Assembly (NCBI GenBank): GCA_000165425.1
Contig: CT868026.1
Coordinates: 62,001 to 126,000, forward strand
Reading direction: 5' to 3'
Length of the DNA: 64,000 nucleotides
Source of the DNA: Paramecium tetraurelia
Taxonomy: Eukaryota
Below, one piece after another: positions 24,242 to 37,910 of this stretch. Both the position numbers and the translations under genes were made by a program. A model generated the notes under the pieces. The model was given only the letters and a program-made list of their open reading frames with translations. It ran no database searches and was not told where the DNA came from. How positions within the stretch are numbered: position 1 is the first letter of the stretch; each line of letters opens with the position of its first letter.

Positions 24242-27093
24242 TCATTTTTATTCCTAATTGTCTTTATTATTCTCTGATTCTTTTTACGATTATGCTTTTT
24301 ATTTTAGATAGAAAAAGTTATCTCTCTCCTTCTTGGTATAGAATGCTCTCAATGACGTTATTTAATCTTGTTACCATTTGATTTCATCATTGACATTCAA
24401 CATGGGTTCCATTTTCATTTCAGCATATGGTGAATAATTCTATTCCAAATTCGATTAAGTTCTCCTGCTTTTCTATCTATGTGTTTACGACTTGCTATTA
24501 ACAGGATTGTATTATAAATTGAGTTCCTTCAATATTGAGATTGAACAATAACAGAGAGGATTCTTGCCTTCATCATTGAGGATATCAATGTCAGCTCCAT
24601 TTGATATGAAGAGATTGATTAACACAATATTATTCGTGATGAATGCAGCAAAGGTAGGAGTAAGGCCTCCTTAGCAAGGCATGTTGACATCGGCTCCTGC
24701 ATTGATGAGGAAGTTACAAAAAGTTATACTCTATAATTGAGCTGCATGATAGAGAGGACAAAACATGTTTGTATCATAACAATTAACATCTTGGGGTTCA
24801 AATTAAAAGCCTGAATACTCTGCCCAATTGGTATTGCCTACTTTCAAAGCCAAAAAGAGCTTTCTCTATTTTAATTTCAATTAAATCATTGAATGAGGCA
24901 CTTTGACTTTTGAATAATCCATTTAGACTCCTTTTTAATATTATTATTTGGAATTGCCAGCACTTTAAGCTATGGCTTATTTAAGACTCTTATAGCATTC
25001 CTCTATATCAAGTCCATTATAATTTTTAGATTTCATTCTATTAAGAATTCTGAAGAACTTAGGATTTTTGTCCTTCTCTTAATATTCCTTCTATCGTTTC
25101 CTTTCTCTTTCTCGAATGTATCTCTTTCTGGATACATAAGCTTTTAATGCTCTCTTAATTTTATTAATAGCAATTAATTCAATTTCTGGAGTAATCCAAT
25201 CTGATTTAACTTCACCTCCTTCAATTCCTTACAATTAAGGACTCGCATACTTTCTAGGTTTCTTGGGTCCTCCAGTATAGAAGTTCAGAAAATTAGATTA
25301 GTTTTTCTCGAATTCCTTTTTCTAGACTTTCAATTTATATTCACTAAAGACCTTGGCTGGAGTAGGGAAATACTCCAATTGTTACTATGGAGTTAAACGT
25401 AATTTGGATGACGGATGAGTTTTTCTGATGACATTCATCAATGTTAAAGGTTCTTCTTTGGATGGGAAGATAGGTTTATGGACTTCACTTTTAACTCCTA
25501 GTTTTTAATCTCTTCTTTCATTTTTCTAGGAAGATATAAAAAGAGTAAGATTACCTTTCGTTTAATGACATTCATCATAATTTCCTTGAATTTCCAGACA
25601 TATGGATTTGCTATTGGATTTCCTTATTTGTATTCTTAATAATATAAATTATATTTTTCTGAATCTTATTTCATAGTAGTTTTAGTTTTGTCCTTCATTT
25701 CCCTCAAAATAGTGCACATCTTAATTTATAACTTCTTGATTGAATTTTGTTTTTGCTATTACTCTTGTATATTTTTGGCTTATCTATTTTTAATGAATTA
25801 CACTTCATTTCTTTCTTTAAGAAAATCATGTCTTGTTTGATTCACTTATTTTTAGATATCAAAGTGACTTTTCAAAATATTCTCTGCTATCTATAGTTCA
25901 ATATCACTGATAATATCTTGATCTAAATGATTGATTGCACTTTGAATGAATCTAATTATACTATTTAATTTAATACTTTTTATCAGAACATCGATTTAAT
26001 AATACACTAGTATTTATGAGATACAATAAATCGTCCTCATTCATTGATTAATATGATTCAAATTTCGATTCTAACTCTTATCGTTTCTATTTATTCTATT
26101 GTCCCTTATCTAGATTGCTTACAAATTCACCAATAGCTATACTGTTCCAAGAACTACTATTGATCAATTTGCTTAATCTCTATTTTGCAGACAATCTTTT
26201 AGCTAAAAATTGTTCTTCTTTGCTTTAGTTCCATTTCTCAATCCTAACAGATTTTGGTGAATTCAATTATCCATTAGGAACATTTCTTTTATTCTTAATG
26301 GTTTTTAACAAATTGGTTAATTCATCAATAATTTATCTAGTATCTGGTTTCTTGTAAAGTAAATCTTAGATTGTATCACCAGTTCGATTAGACAATTAGA
26401 ATTGTATTTTACTAGAATTGTTTTTATCATTGATCATTTCAACCAATGCAAATTTCAGTCTTTTTTTCAATTATCTGAACTTCGTATCAATTTCAATCCA
26501 ATCAAAAATATCCAACATTTTATCTTAACCATTTGTAATAATTGTAATATTATCGCTCTTTCTTCTCTGTATCTCTCTCTAATCAATTCTCTATTTCCAT
26601 TACTTAAGTGAATCGAGTACTTAATTTTGTAACTAACTCAATATATATTATTCTCTTTCTTAAACAGTCTCAAATTGTTATATTCTATGTAATGATATTC
26701 TTAAATGTTATCATCTATTAAATACCCTAATTCTTATGCAACTCTATTCAATTCTTTGATTACTACTTCATTTTTATCGAAACATTGAGTACATAAATAT
26801 TCTACTTTTTCAGCGAAGAGATTCATGCAGAATTCATCATTATAGATTTCACAATGTCTGCGTTTAGGAGGATTAATTTCTAATTGTGATATAGTTTATT
26901 TTCTGCTTGCATGAGCAGATGAATTTATTGCAGTACTAACTTAGCTCTAAGCAAAACTGTTTGATCTCTTTAAAATCTTTTATACAGGATATCTTTATAA
27001 TTGTCTTCTGAATTGATGTTATTGTGAGAACTGCTTTATTTTCTCATCGAATTATTAAATAGTTTCCAACCCTAAAAAAATGTCATCATCCAT
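24242..27093 (-). CDS. Large helical protein with C-terminal ankyrin repeats
   Basis: PLYHAAQLQSITFCNFLINAGADVN, GLTPTFAAFITNNIVLINLFISNGADIDILNDEGKNPL near the C-terminus. Confidence 0.85.
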
Positions 27094-27612
27094 TTATTTT
27101 TATTATAATATATAAAATATTCTTAATCAAAATCATCTATATGCAAATTATTGTTATTTGATTGAAGACATAAGAAATTAAACAAATACAACACAGAACT
27201 CTAAGAAATTGAATTTATGAAATATTTGTAGTATTCATATAATGATAATTTTTTAACAATCAAATAAGTTACCTAAGTTATTGATTATTTTCAATTAAAT
27301 AAAAATTTCTAATTTATTATATACTGAATCTTATTGAGTGTTACAATAAGTTAAAGATATAACCTAAAGAATTTTGCAATTGTTATTAAATATAATTAGT
27401 TCTTGCTAAATAAAAGTTGGATTTTATAGAGTAGCATGACACTTAAGTAATAATATGTAATTGATATTTTATTTGTAAATATAAGATGAGTATGATTTCC
27501 TTAAAGTAAATTTGAGCATGAATAGGTGATATAAATTAGATTAAAATGAAATTAATTAATCACTTTTAATTATATGTATATTAGTTACAATATAATTAAA
27601 TAAGTAATTAGA

Positions 27613-28176
27613 ATGAAAAAAAATTATAATTAAGCTAGATAACATTCATTCTAGATTCCTAAGATTACATCATTATAACCCTTATTTACTACTTATAATG
27701 AAAATCATACTGAGCCCACAACTCCAATAAAAATTGATTTAAAGGCAAAGCAAGAATAAATGAAGTTAGAATTAGAACAAAAAAATAAATATTTAGAATA
27801 GATTCTTTGTCTAAAATAAGAACGTTATCACCACAATCGAAAAGAATTACTGTATCATAAATTATAAAATATAGAGTAATAATTACATAAATGGAATCAG
27901 ACTCGCAAAAATATTGAATTGTAAACTGATTTTCCTATTCTAGCATAAAAAAGGCAAAACAACAATATTTGTGTGAATATTACAATTCACAACAATCCTC
28001 TAAGCCTATCTAAACTAGATAAACTTAATACAAGAATACCAGTTTTCAAGATTTCTAATAAACCAAAACCAACGTCAGAAATACTCAATCTCAACCTAGA
28101 AAGTAATCCTTCTTCAACATCCAATATCAAAAGAAAATTAACGAAGTAATCATATTATGCGACCCTTTTAGATTGA
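27613..28176 (+). CDS. Hypothetical protein, ~187 aa
   Basis: Open code-6 frame MKKNYNQARQHSF... to TGA with a short coiled-coil segment; an internal intron cannot be excluded. Confidence 0.55.
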
Positions 28177-28349
28177 AAATAGAGTGCATGTGATGTAAAG
28201 AAAACTCAAATTGGGTAATTTGGATTCACAAGTCTCCAATTCCTTTCAAATACTCATTTAAGATTATTCCTAATGATGATGCTACATTAACTTATATTTC
28301 ATAAATATTTATTTTTAAATAAAACTGCAAATCCTTCTTACCTAACACT

Positions 28350-28893
28350 ATGATGCAAGCTCACCTTCATGTATTCTCTACCATTAATAAACATCACTAG
28401 GTCGGATAATCACAACCCCATACCTCAGAAGCCCCAGTCCTGTAATTCTTAGGTAAATCTAAGAAGCGTAAACGTCGTTCACTTGACACCAACGATTGGA
28501 TTTCTTTACATGACCACAAAATAAAAGGCAATTCCCATACCTAATACCTCATTAGACTTAAAGTCGACAATGTTGTATGGTCTTTCTGGACTAGATATAG
28601 TATGTTATCTGAGCTCCATTAAACCCTTGATGAAGTGATCAAGTCTCAATTGCCCACTTTCCCAGAAAAACGACTCTTTGGTAATCTGAACCCCAATTTC
28701 ATTTAAACCAGGAAATCCTAACTTGATATATATCTTTAGGTTCTAAATCAATCTCATCTATATTTAGGCCATCTTTAACGACCCATGTGTTCGTGATTCC
28801 AAAGTATTCCGAGACTTCATTGATAATTCCAAATAAAAAGCCTTCAAAAAAGCTGACCTTGATTCCCTTAATCGATTTAAATTGGATGTTTGA
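28350..28893 (+). CDS. PX (phox homology) domain protein
   Basis: HTQYLIRLKVDNVVWSFWTRYSMLSELHQTL...LPTFPEKRLFGNLNPNFIQTRKSQLDIYLQ: RY, PxFPxK and conserved Arg motifs. Confidence 0.88.
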
Positions 28894-28919
28894 AATATAT
28901 ATATAAAATTAGAGTATTA

Positions 28920-29288
28920 ATGTTTTTATTGCTTCTCTTAGCATTTGTCCATCCAATTCCAATTTCAGATCAAATCTAACCTACCTTCCTTAACAATCTT
29001 GACACATCGGAAGCCAGTAAACCTATTTAAACCAAAGAAGTATTCTTATTAGAAATTGCAGATTATTTCTAAGGGACTCCTTTCTACAATTTTTTAGGTA
29101 ACTTTTCATTTCTTATTTATGTAGACTTAGAAAATAAGGACAATCAAACCAAAAGAATAGTGATTGCCACTGTTTTGTCAATTTTTCTAATAGTCGTTTT
29201 GTGCGTGATTATCTAATTTATCTTGGAAATAGCCAAACAATCCAATATTTAATTAAGTATAGAAAAGAAGTCAAACTTGTCTGATTGA
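28920..29288 (+). CDS. Small type I membrane protein (signal peptide plus one TM)
   Basis: MFLLLLLAFVHP signal-like start; TM segment IVIATVLSIFLIVVLCVIIQFIL; short cytosolic tail. Confidence 0.65.
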
Positions 29289-29934
29289 TGAGTTTTACAA
29301 CCATGAATCATGGTTTAGTTTTAATTATAATTATCTTAAAATAAACCTCCTATTATAATTTTCGTATAATTTTTGAATTCAAATTATAACTAAGCACATT
29401 TGATAAAAAGTATTATCCTTTATGTTTTATCAAATAAGTATTCTTACAAATAACATTCTTAGTGTTTTAAAATATTAAACTAATTATTTCCATTAAGAGA
29501 ATAACTATAATATTCTAAAATAGATAAGATGAACACTTCTTTAATTATAATAAAATTAAATCAATATTATTGTTGCTTTGGTTTATGAAACAAAAAGAAA
29601 TGGTAAAATTTATTAATAATGGATTTTCGGCTAATTACATAGGATATAGGTGTAAGATCTCATACATTTTAATCCGAATCATTATTGATGAATAATTTAT
29701 ATTTGTTCATATTATAATTGAAAAATCCCTTATTATCTTTTTGGAAAAACTCAACTCTGCATCATAAATAAATAAGGTTTCAAATCCTATTGATAATCAT
29801 CTAAATTTAAGAGACATCATAAATTGATGAGTTCATTAATGAAACTTCAACTTACAATGCAAATTAATTTAAACTATAAATTATATATTATGATATTAAA
29901 ATTAAATTAAAGCAGGAATTATATTTTAATATTT

Positions 29935-31240
29935 TCAACATAGTTTTACTTGATAAATCTCACATTCTACTATATTTGGGGTTGTCTAACCAAATAAATG
30001 GGTGTTCTTAGTAGCAATCTAGTATTAATCACATTAATATGAAGTCCCTAAATTAGATGAACCACTTTGAAAATCCGCACCAAAATAAATATCATAAGCC
30101 CCAAAAGTAGGTCCATATGATTAATGACAGTAGATAGCCTATGTTTTATTTGCCTCCTTTAAATGATATATTTAATCATGAGTCTATGAAAATATGAATG
30201 ATGACATTGTATTATCCTGAACATAAGCATTCACATATTATTGCCATTAACATGGAGAAAACCCCCCAAAAATATATCCACTTTTGGATTTAAATATCAT
30301 TAATAAATTTGTATTTCCTTGGACTTTACTCCAAAAACTTTATCCATTTAATCCATCTCTGGTGCCCAAATATATTTGTTAAAAGTTGATTACTTTTTTA
30401 TTCAATCTAGACTAAAGGATACTCATAATCTTTTATTATTAATAATATGACATCAACCTTCCATCATAAATTATTGCAACTTATACAAAATATATTAAAT
30501 TGAATTACTAAACAAATTCTGCTTAGCTAAAATTCAAGGATTTAAATTATCTTTCTAATTCCCTATATTAAGGGTAAAATTCCTGATTTGGATCCTCTGG
30601 TTCCCTTTTTATTCTATCTAGCACATCAATCAATTTTTAATTTAATTCATTACAATCATTTTTTGTAAGATCTTCTAAATATTAATGAAGAATCTTTTCA
30701 TTTTATATTATATCTTCATGTTTAATGTTATCTCCTAGTTATTAAAAATTAATTGCAAACTATTTAAATTTATCAAATTGGGTTATCTAATTTAATTGAT
30801 AATATACCTTTTGCAATTCATCTCTAATTTTATTCTTCTTCTCTAAAATACAATTAACTTAGTTTTTTAATTCTTATTATACTTCTAGAAGGATATTTTA
30901 TATTTAAGAAATTTTAGTTTCAAATTCCTCAAGAATATTATCCATGGCTTATTTATTACATTTATCTAATTTAATTAAATATTCTTAAACAGGTGTTGAT
31001 ATTTTCAATTTTGATAAAAAAAATTCAGGGGACTTTAAAGCCTTTTATAGTATATTATAATTATACATTTTTAACATGAATCAATTCTTAATAATTCACA
31101 TTGACTGATTTAGTTTATAAATCCAAACAACATTCATCACAAACAAATTCTGTTTTGTCTTTTTCAACTTTAATGAAAAGTATAAAGGATCCTTCATGTT
31201 TAAAACAAGGAATTTATTTCATTTTAGTTTCTGTTTCCAT
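29935..31240 (-). CDS. Zn-module + coiled-coil + TLDc protein (array gene A), ~426 aa
   Basis: N-terminal PCFKHEG...FVCDECC; C-terminal TLDc IYLGTRDGLNGQSFWSKVQGNTNLLMIFKSKSGYIFGGFSPCQW...SFIFSQTHDQIY...YGPTFG...HLFGQTTPNIVECEIY. Confidence 0.9.
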
Positions 31241-31422
31241 TAGAAAATCAATTAATTATTAAATAATTTGATATTAACAATCATAAATCTTAATATATAA
31301 TATTTAACTAAAAATACGAAAGAGGTCTATTATATTATAACTAACAAATATTTTAATAGATAAATTGAATTTCATGAGAGATATTTTGAAATTATTATTA
31401 AATTATTTATTTATTATAATCT

Positions 31423-33801
31423 TCACAAAAATGTTAACATGATTATTTCACATACTTCTATATTTGGAGTAAGTTAACCAAATAAATGTGTACTATTAGC
31501 ATATTAATAACCATCCCAATTATAATGGTATCCTAAGTTGGAATAACCAGATTGAAAATCAGATCCAATCTATAAATCATGTCCATTGCCAAATGTTGGC
31601 CCAAATGATTGATGACAATAAATAGCATACAATTTATTTTCTTCTTTTAAAGGATATATTAGATCGTGAGTCTATGAGAATAAAAATGATGCTGTTGCAT
31701 TATCTTAAACAAAAGCACCACCCATTTTAACCCATTAGCAAGGCGAAAATCCACCAAAAATATTACCACTTTTAGATTTAAATATCATTAATAAATTAGA
31801 TGTTTTTTCAACAGCCTTCCAAAATGCCTAACTATTTAGTTCCTAATTTTATCCAGAAAATATCAAATATTGATTCTTAATTTTTTTCTTCATCTTTACT
31901 TCTATATTTGTTAAGATTTTTGTACAAAAATCACTTTTTAATATTGTGTTTGTTCCAATTTTCCATGATATATTTACAAATTAATAAACACATTATAATT
32001 CTTTCAATCCTTCATCATTCTTTTGTAATTTAGAAGTAGCATCCGTTAAATCGGCTTCATTTTTCTCAATTCTTTATTTCTATTAATTTATTGTATTCGC
32101 TTAAGCTTCAACAGTTTATTGCAATATTTTATTTGCATTTTCCTCTTCTTTCAATTTTTTTTATTAAATCTCAATTTAGGAAATGTCTTCTTATATTTTC
32201 GCTTAAAGTTCTATTTATTTCTCTTTTAACTAAACTAATTCATCATTCATTTGTTTTATTTGTAGTGTGAATTATTCAATTTATTTTTCATCATCTAGTA
32301 ATCTTTACTTTTATTATAAAGTTTCTTCTTGTAATAATTTCAATTACTTTTCATTATCTTCAGCTGTGATTAATGTAATCATTTTAGTTGAATTAGACTA
32401 AAATTATTGAAATTCTTGTTCAAATTTTTAAGGTTAAGATTAATTTCTTTCATCTACCTCTTTTTTTAAGTCATTATAAAAGCTAAAAGAATATTCAATT
32501 ATAGATAAATATTGTTATAGTCTTTAGAATTTTTTAATGAATTAGTTATCATCTAATTTAATAATACTTTCATTATTTTCAATAAAATCTTCAATGTTTA
32601 ATAAATTTAATTGATCACCTTGTAGTATATTCATTAAATTATGAATAGTTAAGATATCATATTACATTAGGCATTCAAGATTTTTCTTTAACATTTTATA
32701 AACCTTAGAGTCGTTTTCATCTTATGTTTTTTATTTTTCTTTTAACTCTGCATGCTAATCTTTTTTACACAAAATATCCACTATATCCATTACTTCTTTT
32801 TCATCCAATTCCTAAATATCCAAAATTGAAAGATCATTATCTTTCTAATCCAAATATTCCTATTCTTTAAATTATTTATCAAGAGATTAAACGATATCAG
32901 AGATTTCTTAGTTGTATTTATTTTTCAATTAACTAAGCATTTGACTAGTATTTTTAAATTTTCCTTTTCTTTAAGTATGATATGATTCATTGATGCTTTC
33001 CTTTTCTTCATTATATTTGCGGAATCTTTAAATAACATCGCTTAAACTAACATATTGATTATGAAATTCTTAAATGCATTAAACACATGCAAATCTATTT
33101 TAGGGTTCAGACTCATATAGATTTAAATCAACCATAATAATCACTTAGTTATGTATTTTACAATTCTACTTCAAACTTAGGGTTTTCTATATAATTTATT
33201 AAAAACTTACATTAATCTCCATTTAAAATGGCTCTGATTTGATCTAAAATGATTATTCTATTTTTTTGATTGATAATATTATTTGTAAGTATTCTTGTGA
33301 ACCTTACATTTGCTTAACCTATTCCTTAATGGACCGAAAGAAATTTGAAATTATTTTTGATTTCTCTTGTTCATCAATATTACCTGAAGTGCCTTCTTGT
33401 ATTGAATTATTTTCATCCAAGCTTTTTGATTCTCCTTGAGAATCTCCTTATTCTATTTCTTTCTAACTTTGAGCAATTTTTTCACCAATATTATTTTACA
33501 ACTAACCAATCACTCCCTTCATAAGTTGATCAAGCTTATCAACTGATTATTAGAGTTCCTTCATATAATTGACTCGTTACTAAGTTTATTATTTAATTTC
33601 CATTTCGCATGTATTTCTCTTTTCCTTAGCTTTTATAAAATCTTCATACAAAATGATGTTTTGAATTCCAATCATTTATATAAGGCATTTTACACACAGA
33701 TATTTGATATCTTATGAATCAGATTAGATCTCTTAGACAGCGATGATTTCAAAATTAGCATGATTTTGACATATTCTTTTTCCAAATTCTTGATCAGACA
33801 T
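31423..33801 (-). CDS. Double Zn-module + coiled-coil + TLDc protein (array gene B), ~785 aa
   Basis: ICQNH...LCVKC and NCKIH...ACVQC modules, each followed by coiled coil; TLDc FWKAVEKTSNLLMIFKSKSGNIFGGFSPCQW...FGPTFGNGHD...HLFGQLTPNIEVCEI. Confidence 0.9.
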
Positions 33802-34513
33802 TATTTAATTTATTAACCTTATAAATACTTTAATTACTTTATTTGTATACCCTTCAACGTTTAATCTATTTAAGTGATAGCTCAGAAAATTATGTATTAT
33901 TTAGAAATGTACTTTTTTACAATTATTCTACCTATTCGATAAAAGTATGAATATTAAAATAAAAAGGTTAAGCCAAACGGTTAATCTATTTTATATTTTC
34001 TTATTCCAATTGTTGTAGCATACTTAAATAGAAGAGTTTCTAATGGAATATCTAAACAAATAATTATTGAGAGTATATAGAACTTAATAATATTTTTAAT
34101 TGGCACTGTTGTTAAAATTTAAACCCTCGAAAAGGCAATTTGATTTTTACCAAAACAAGATATTTTTCATTATATCTTTTTAATATAAAATTGTCAAACA
34201 CAGATAATGTAAGGAAAAATCCAATTTTGGCAGCAGTTTTTTGTGCAAGATCCTTAAATCATTAATTTAGAATTTCAAATAATAATTTGTTGCTTAATTA
34301 TATGTATTTCAAAATATTGTAACATGAATTTTTTGGAGGTTTTTAAATCATTCTATCTTTACTATTATCATTTCTATTAAGGCAAAAATGTATAATATTA
34401 TTTGATTTTTTAGGTAAATTTTGTTTGGATTAATGCAATTGCATAAATATTAAGAATTCATCTATCAAAGTTATTTTTTATTTATATTTGATTTATTTTA
34501 TATATATATAATA

Positions 34514-36986
34514 TCATTTTAAAATAAGTTCAAATACTTCACATTCATCTAAATTTGGTGTTGCTTAACCAAACAAATGAATATTTTGAGTTGTAATTTT
34601 ATGTTAATCAATTTAATAAGATGTCCCTAAAATGGAAGTTCCACTTTAAAAATCAGTACCAATTTAGAGGTCATGTCCGCTTCCAAAAACAGGACCTTAA
34701 TTGGAGTGACAATAAATAGCATTAGCTTTATTAGCTTCTTTCAAAGGGTAAAATTAGTTATGAGTCTAAGAAAATATAAATGATGATAATGTATCATCTT
34801 GAACATATCCATTAATAGTTTATAACCATTAACAAGGAGAAAAACCACCAAATATCCTTCCATTCTTAGACTTAAATATTATCAGTAAATTAGATTTTCC
34901 ATTTATTTTATTCCAAAAGCTAGTCTGATTTAGTCCATCCTTAGTTGCTTAATAAATAAGTAGTTAACACTTAATTGTCTTTTTTACTTTAGTCTCTATC
35001 TAATTAAATACTTAACCCGAAAAGTAAGTACTGAGAAGTTTAGATTATTCTTTTAATTACTTAAGGTCTTATGATGACTAATTGTATTATTACTGAATCC
35101 TTGCAATGTCTTGATCCTTTATGGTTAATTTTCCTTAGGCATCTTACTAGATTCTAGTATTTTCTTATTTTAATTATTAGATTTCCTATTTTAGTGGTTC
35201 AATCTACTTAAAATATTCATCTTTTTTCAATATTTCCTCTTTTTTTTCTTATTTTAATTATTCTATTTACTAATTTAGGATTTCAACCTTCTAAGTAAAT
35301 TTCTCTTTTTCCTCTAAATTTTTTTTATTTTCTTGTTTTGCTTGTTCTATCTACAAATTCATTGTTTCAACCTGCTTATTCTAATTATTCAGTTATGTTT
35401 GGATAGTTTATTGTTATTACTTATTTTAAGTTAATTATTCTGTCAATGTAGATAGTTATTTATAGTTTGCTTCAGCCATCATCAATAATTTGATTTTATC
35501 CGAATTTTATTTGAAAGTTTCATATTATTATTTGATAATTTATGATTGAGTTTCTTATTTAGAATTCAATAATTCAGATAATTTTCCTTTTTTCTATAAA
35601 TCGTCTATTTCTTGTTGTAGAGTCTTATAAAAATTAAATACATCATCAAGGATTGAAATATATTCAACCTGTAATTCAAATTTTAAAAAAAATAAATTCA
35701 TATCAGGAGCTTTCTCAATTTCTTTAACTTATTTAATCTCATCTACCAATTATTATTATTAATTTTAATTCTATATTCTTAATAAATTATGTTTTGTTAG
35801 CAAGTCATATTTCATCAGATTCTCCAAATTTTATTTTAGATTCTAAAAGAAAATTGCATCAATTTAATCTTATTCAACTTACTCCTTTTTTAATTTTTTA
35901 TGATTATCTTTCAAACAAATAATTTCAACAGCCTTCTAAATTTCCTGGTCATTTAACTCGTATAATTCTCCAACCACAGTTTAATTAGCTGATAACATAT
36001 CTTTATTAATTATTCTCTTTCTTTCTAATTATTGTATGATATCAGTTAAGGTTTAATTATAAATATCCTTTAATTATTAAATAGATTTAATGGCAGAAGT
36101 AAACTTATTAAATCTGTTATTATTGTAATTAGTAATCATCTAATTTTATTACCTTTTGAATTCTTTCCATTTTATATTTGCATCTTCTATGGTTATATAT
36201 TTTCTTTTTGGATATTGCTGAATACATCTTGAACAAGCCAATCTACTTTGGTTGGATTCGTTTTTTTTTTCATTGAGATGAATCATAATGATTTCTAATC
36301 CATGATCATTATTAATACATCTTTAACTTAAGCTAAGAGTTTTCTAATTAATTTAATGTAAAACTTACATGTTTATCAACCTCTTTTTGAGGGATAGGTT
36401 GCTCTATTTGATATTAGGATTTAATTTTTGTAATTGACCCAAATATTTGAGAGAATTATTATGCATTTGCCATATACGACAGTTGGCTTTAGACATTTTC
36501 CATTAACTCTTTAAATTCATCAATATTTACTTTTTCTTTGGGAATATCATAATTCAAATTTCCCTTATAGTGAATAGATAAAGTTTCAAAGTCTTAATCA
36601 AATTTTAACTCTTCTACAGATTACTCCTTAAATTAAATTTCTGATTTATTTGAATTCTTAATATTATCATCAAAATTATCTTAAAGCTTCCTAAATGTAT
36701 CTGAAAAAAGTTTATTAATTTCAGAGACAGATGTTTAAAGATTCTTTATATTTTCCAATGTTTTTTGGGTATCGTTCATTACTTATATTTTACACTTTTA
36801 TTTCATATCCTAAATCATTTTAAGCCCTTCTTTTAGAAGTACGATGTAATTTTCGTCAACTCTCTTAATCAAACATTTAACACATAAAAATTTCTCTTTC
36901 TTTTCTTTTGCTGCTTTTAGATCAACAGCAACTATTTCTAATTAATGAGTTTCACAAATTTTTATTTCAAGCTCGATAGATGACAT
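34514..36986 (-). CDS. Double Zn-module + coiled-coil + TLDc protein (array gene C), ~815 aa
   Basis: ICETH...LCVKC and CINNDH...ACSRC modules; TLDc IYQATKDGLNQTSFWNKINGKSNLLIIFKSKNGRIFGGFSPCQW...GPVFGSGHD...HLFGQATPNLDECEVF; 25-nt intron at 36344-36368. Confidence 0.9.
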
Positions 36987-37910
36987 TCTAAGGTATATAT
37001 ATTATCTAAATATTGTTCAAAAATTGAATATCATCTCAATATGCGAATTAAATATAATAGAATTATAAACTATTTCTATTAACCTTTGTTAAATTTTATT
37101 TAAATTCCCCAATTTGACAATTAATGATACTCTCTTTTTATATAATATAATTGAAAATTAATAAACTAATAGAAAAGTTTAGAACATCTAAATGAATGCT
37201 CCTTGTAAACGATTCTCAAATTTTCATAACATGCAGCTGGGTGTTCAATTTTCTTGTCCTCCTAAATTTTTGATACCCTTCTTATTTATTTAATCTCTCT
37301 AATTTGTTTAATGAGCCTAATTTTCTTAGCTGAATTTTGCTCTTTTAAACTAAGATTTTTTTATTTAATCTAAGTGCATTTTTGATAAATCTATTTTTTA
37401 ATTTAAAGATGATTCTTCCGATACTTAATAATTACTTTGTTTGAAGCGCTAATAATTTCAAATGGTCATAATTAGTAGGAGGTGGAAATGATTTTGGGTC
37501 CATTTTGCGTCTTTCTTATTATCTCAAATTTCATTTCTTTGATCATTTATAAGTGAGTATCTTATAATATAGAATAGGTTTCTTGTTGTTGTCATTGATT
37601 GGAAGAATTATTTAAATATTTTTTTAGTGAAAATATTGTTGATCTAAATTAATTTTTAAATATATTATCCTATTTCCCTATTTTGATTGAGAATTGCTTT
37701 GTTCAATTGCTAATGATCATTAATTTCGAATTCTGGTTCTATTCCGAGGAGTTAGAATTTAAATGATTGATTATAATTTTATAGATTAATAATGATATTA
37801 GTTAAAAATAGTAATGGTATGAATATATAGAGTTGACCTAATAAAAACTATAACAACCGGATAATTATGGAAATTATGATTAAAAATAGGACAAAAATAA
37901 AATAACCAGA

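Noticed and set aside
29619..29930. Plus-strand open frame MDFRLITQ...
   Set aside because: No motif, runs into the convergent TLDc gene, and is compatible with chance in a one-stop-codon code.
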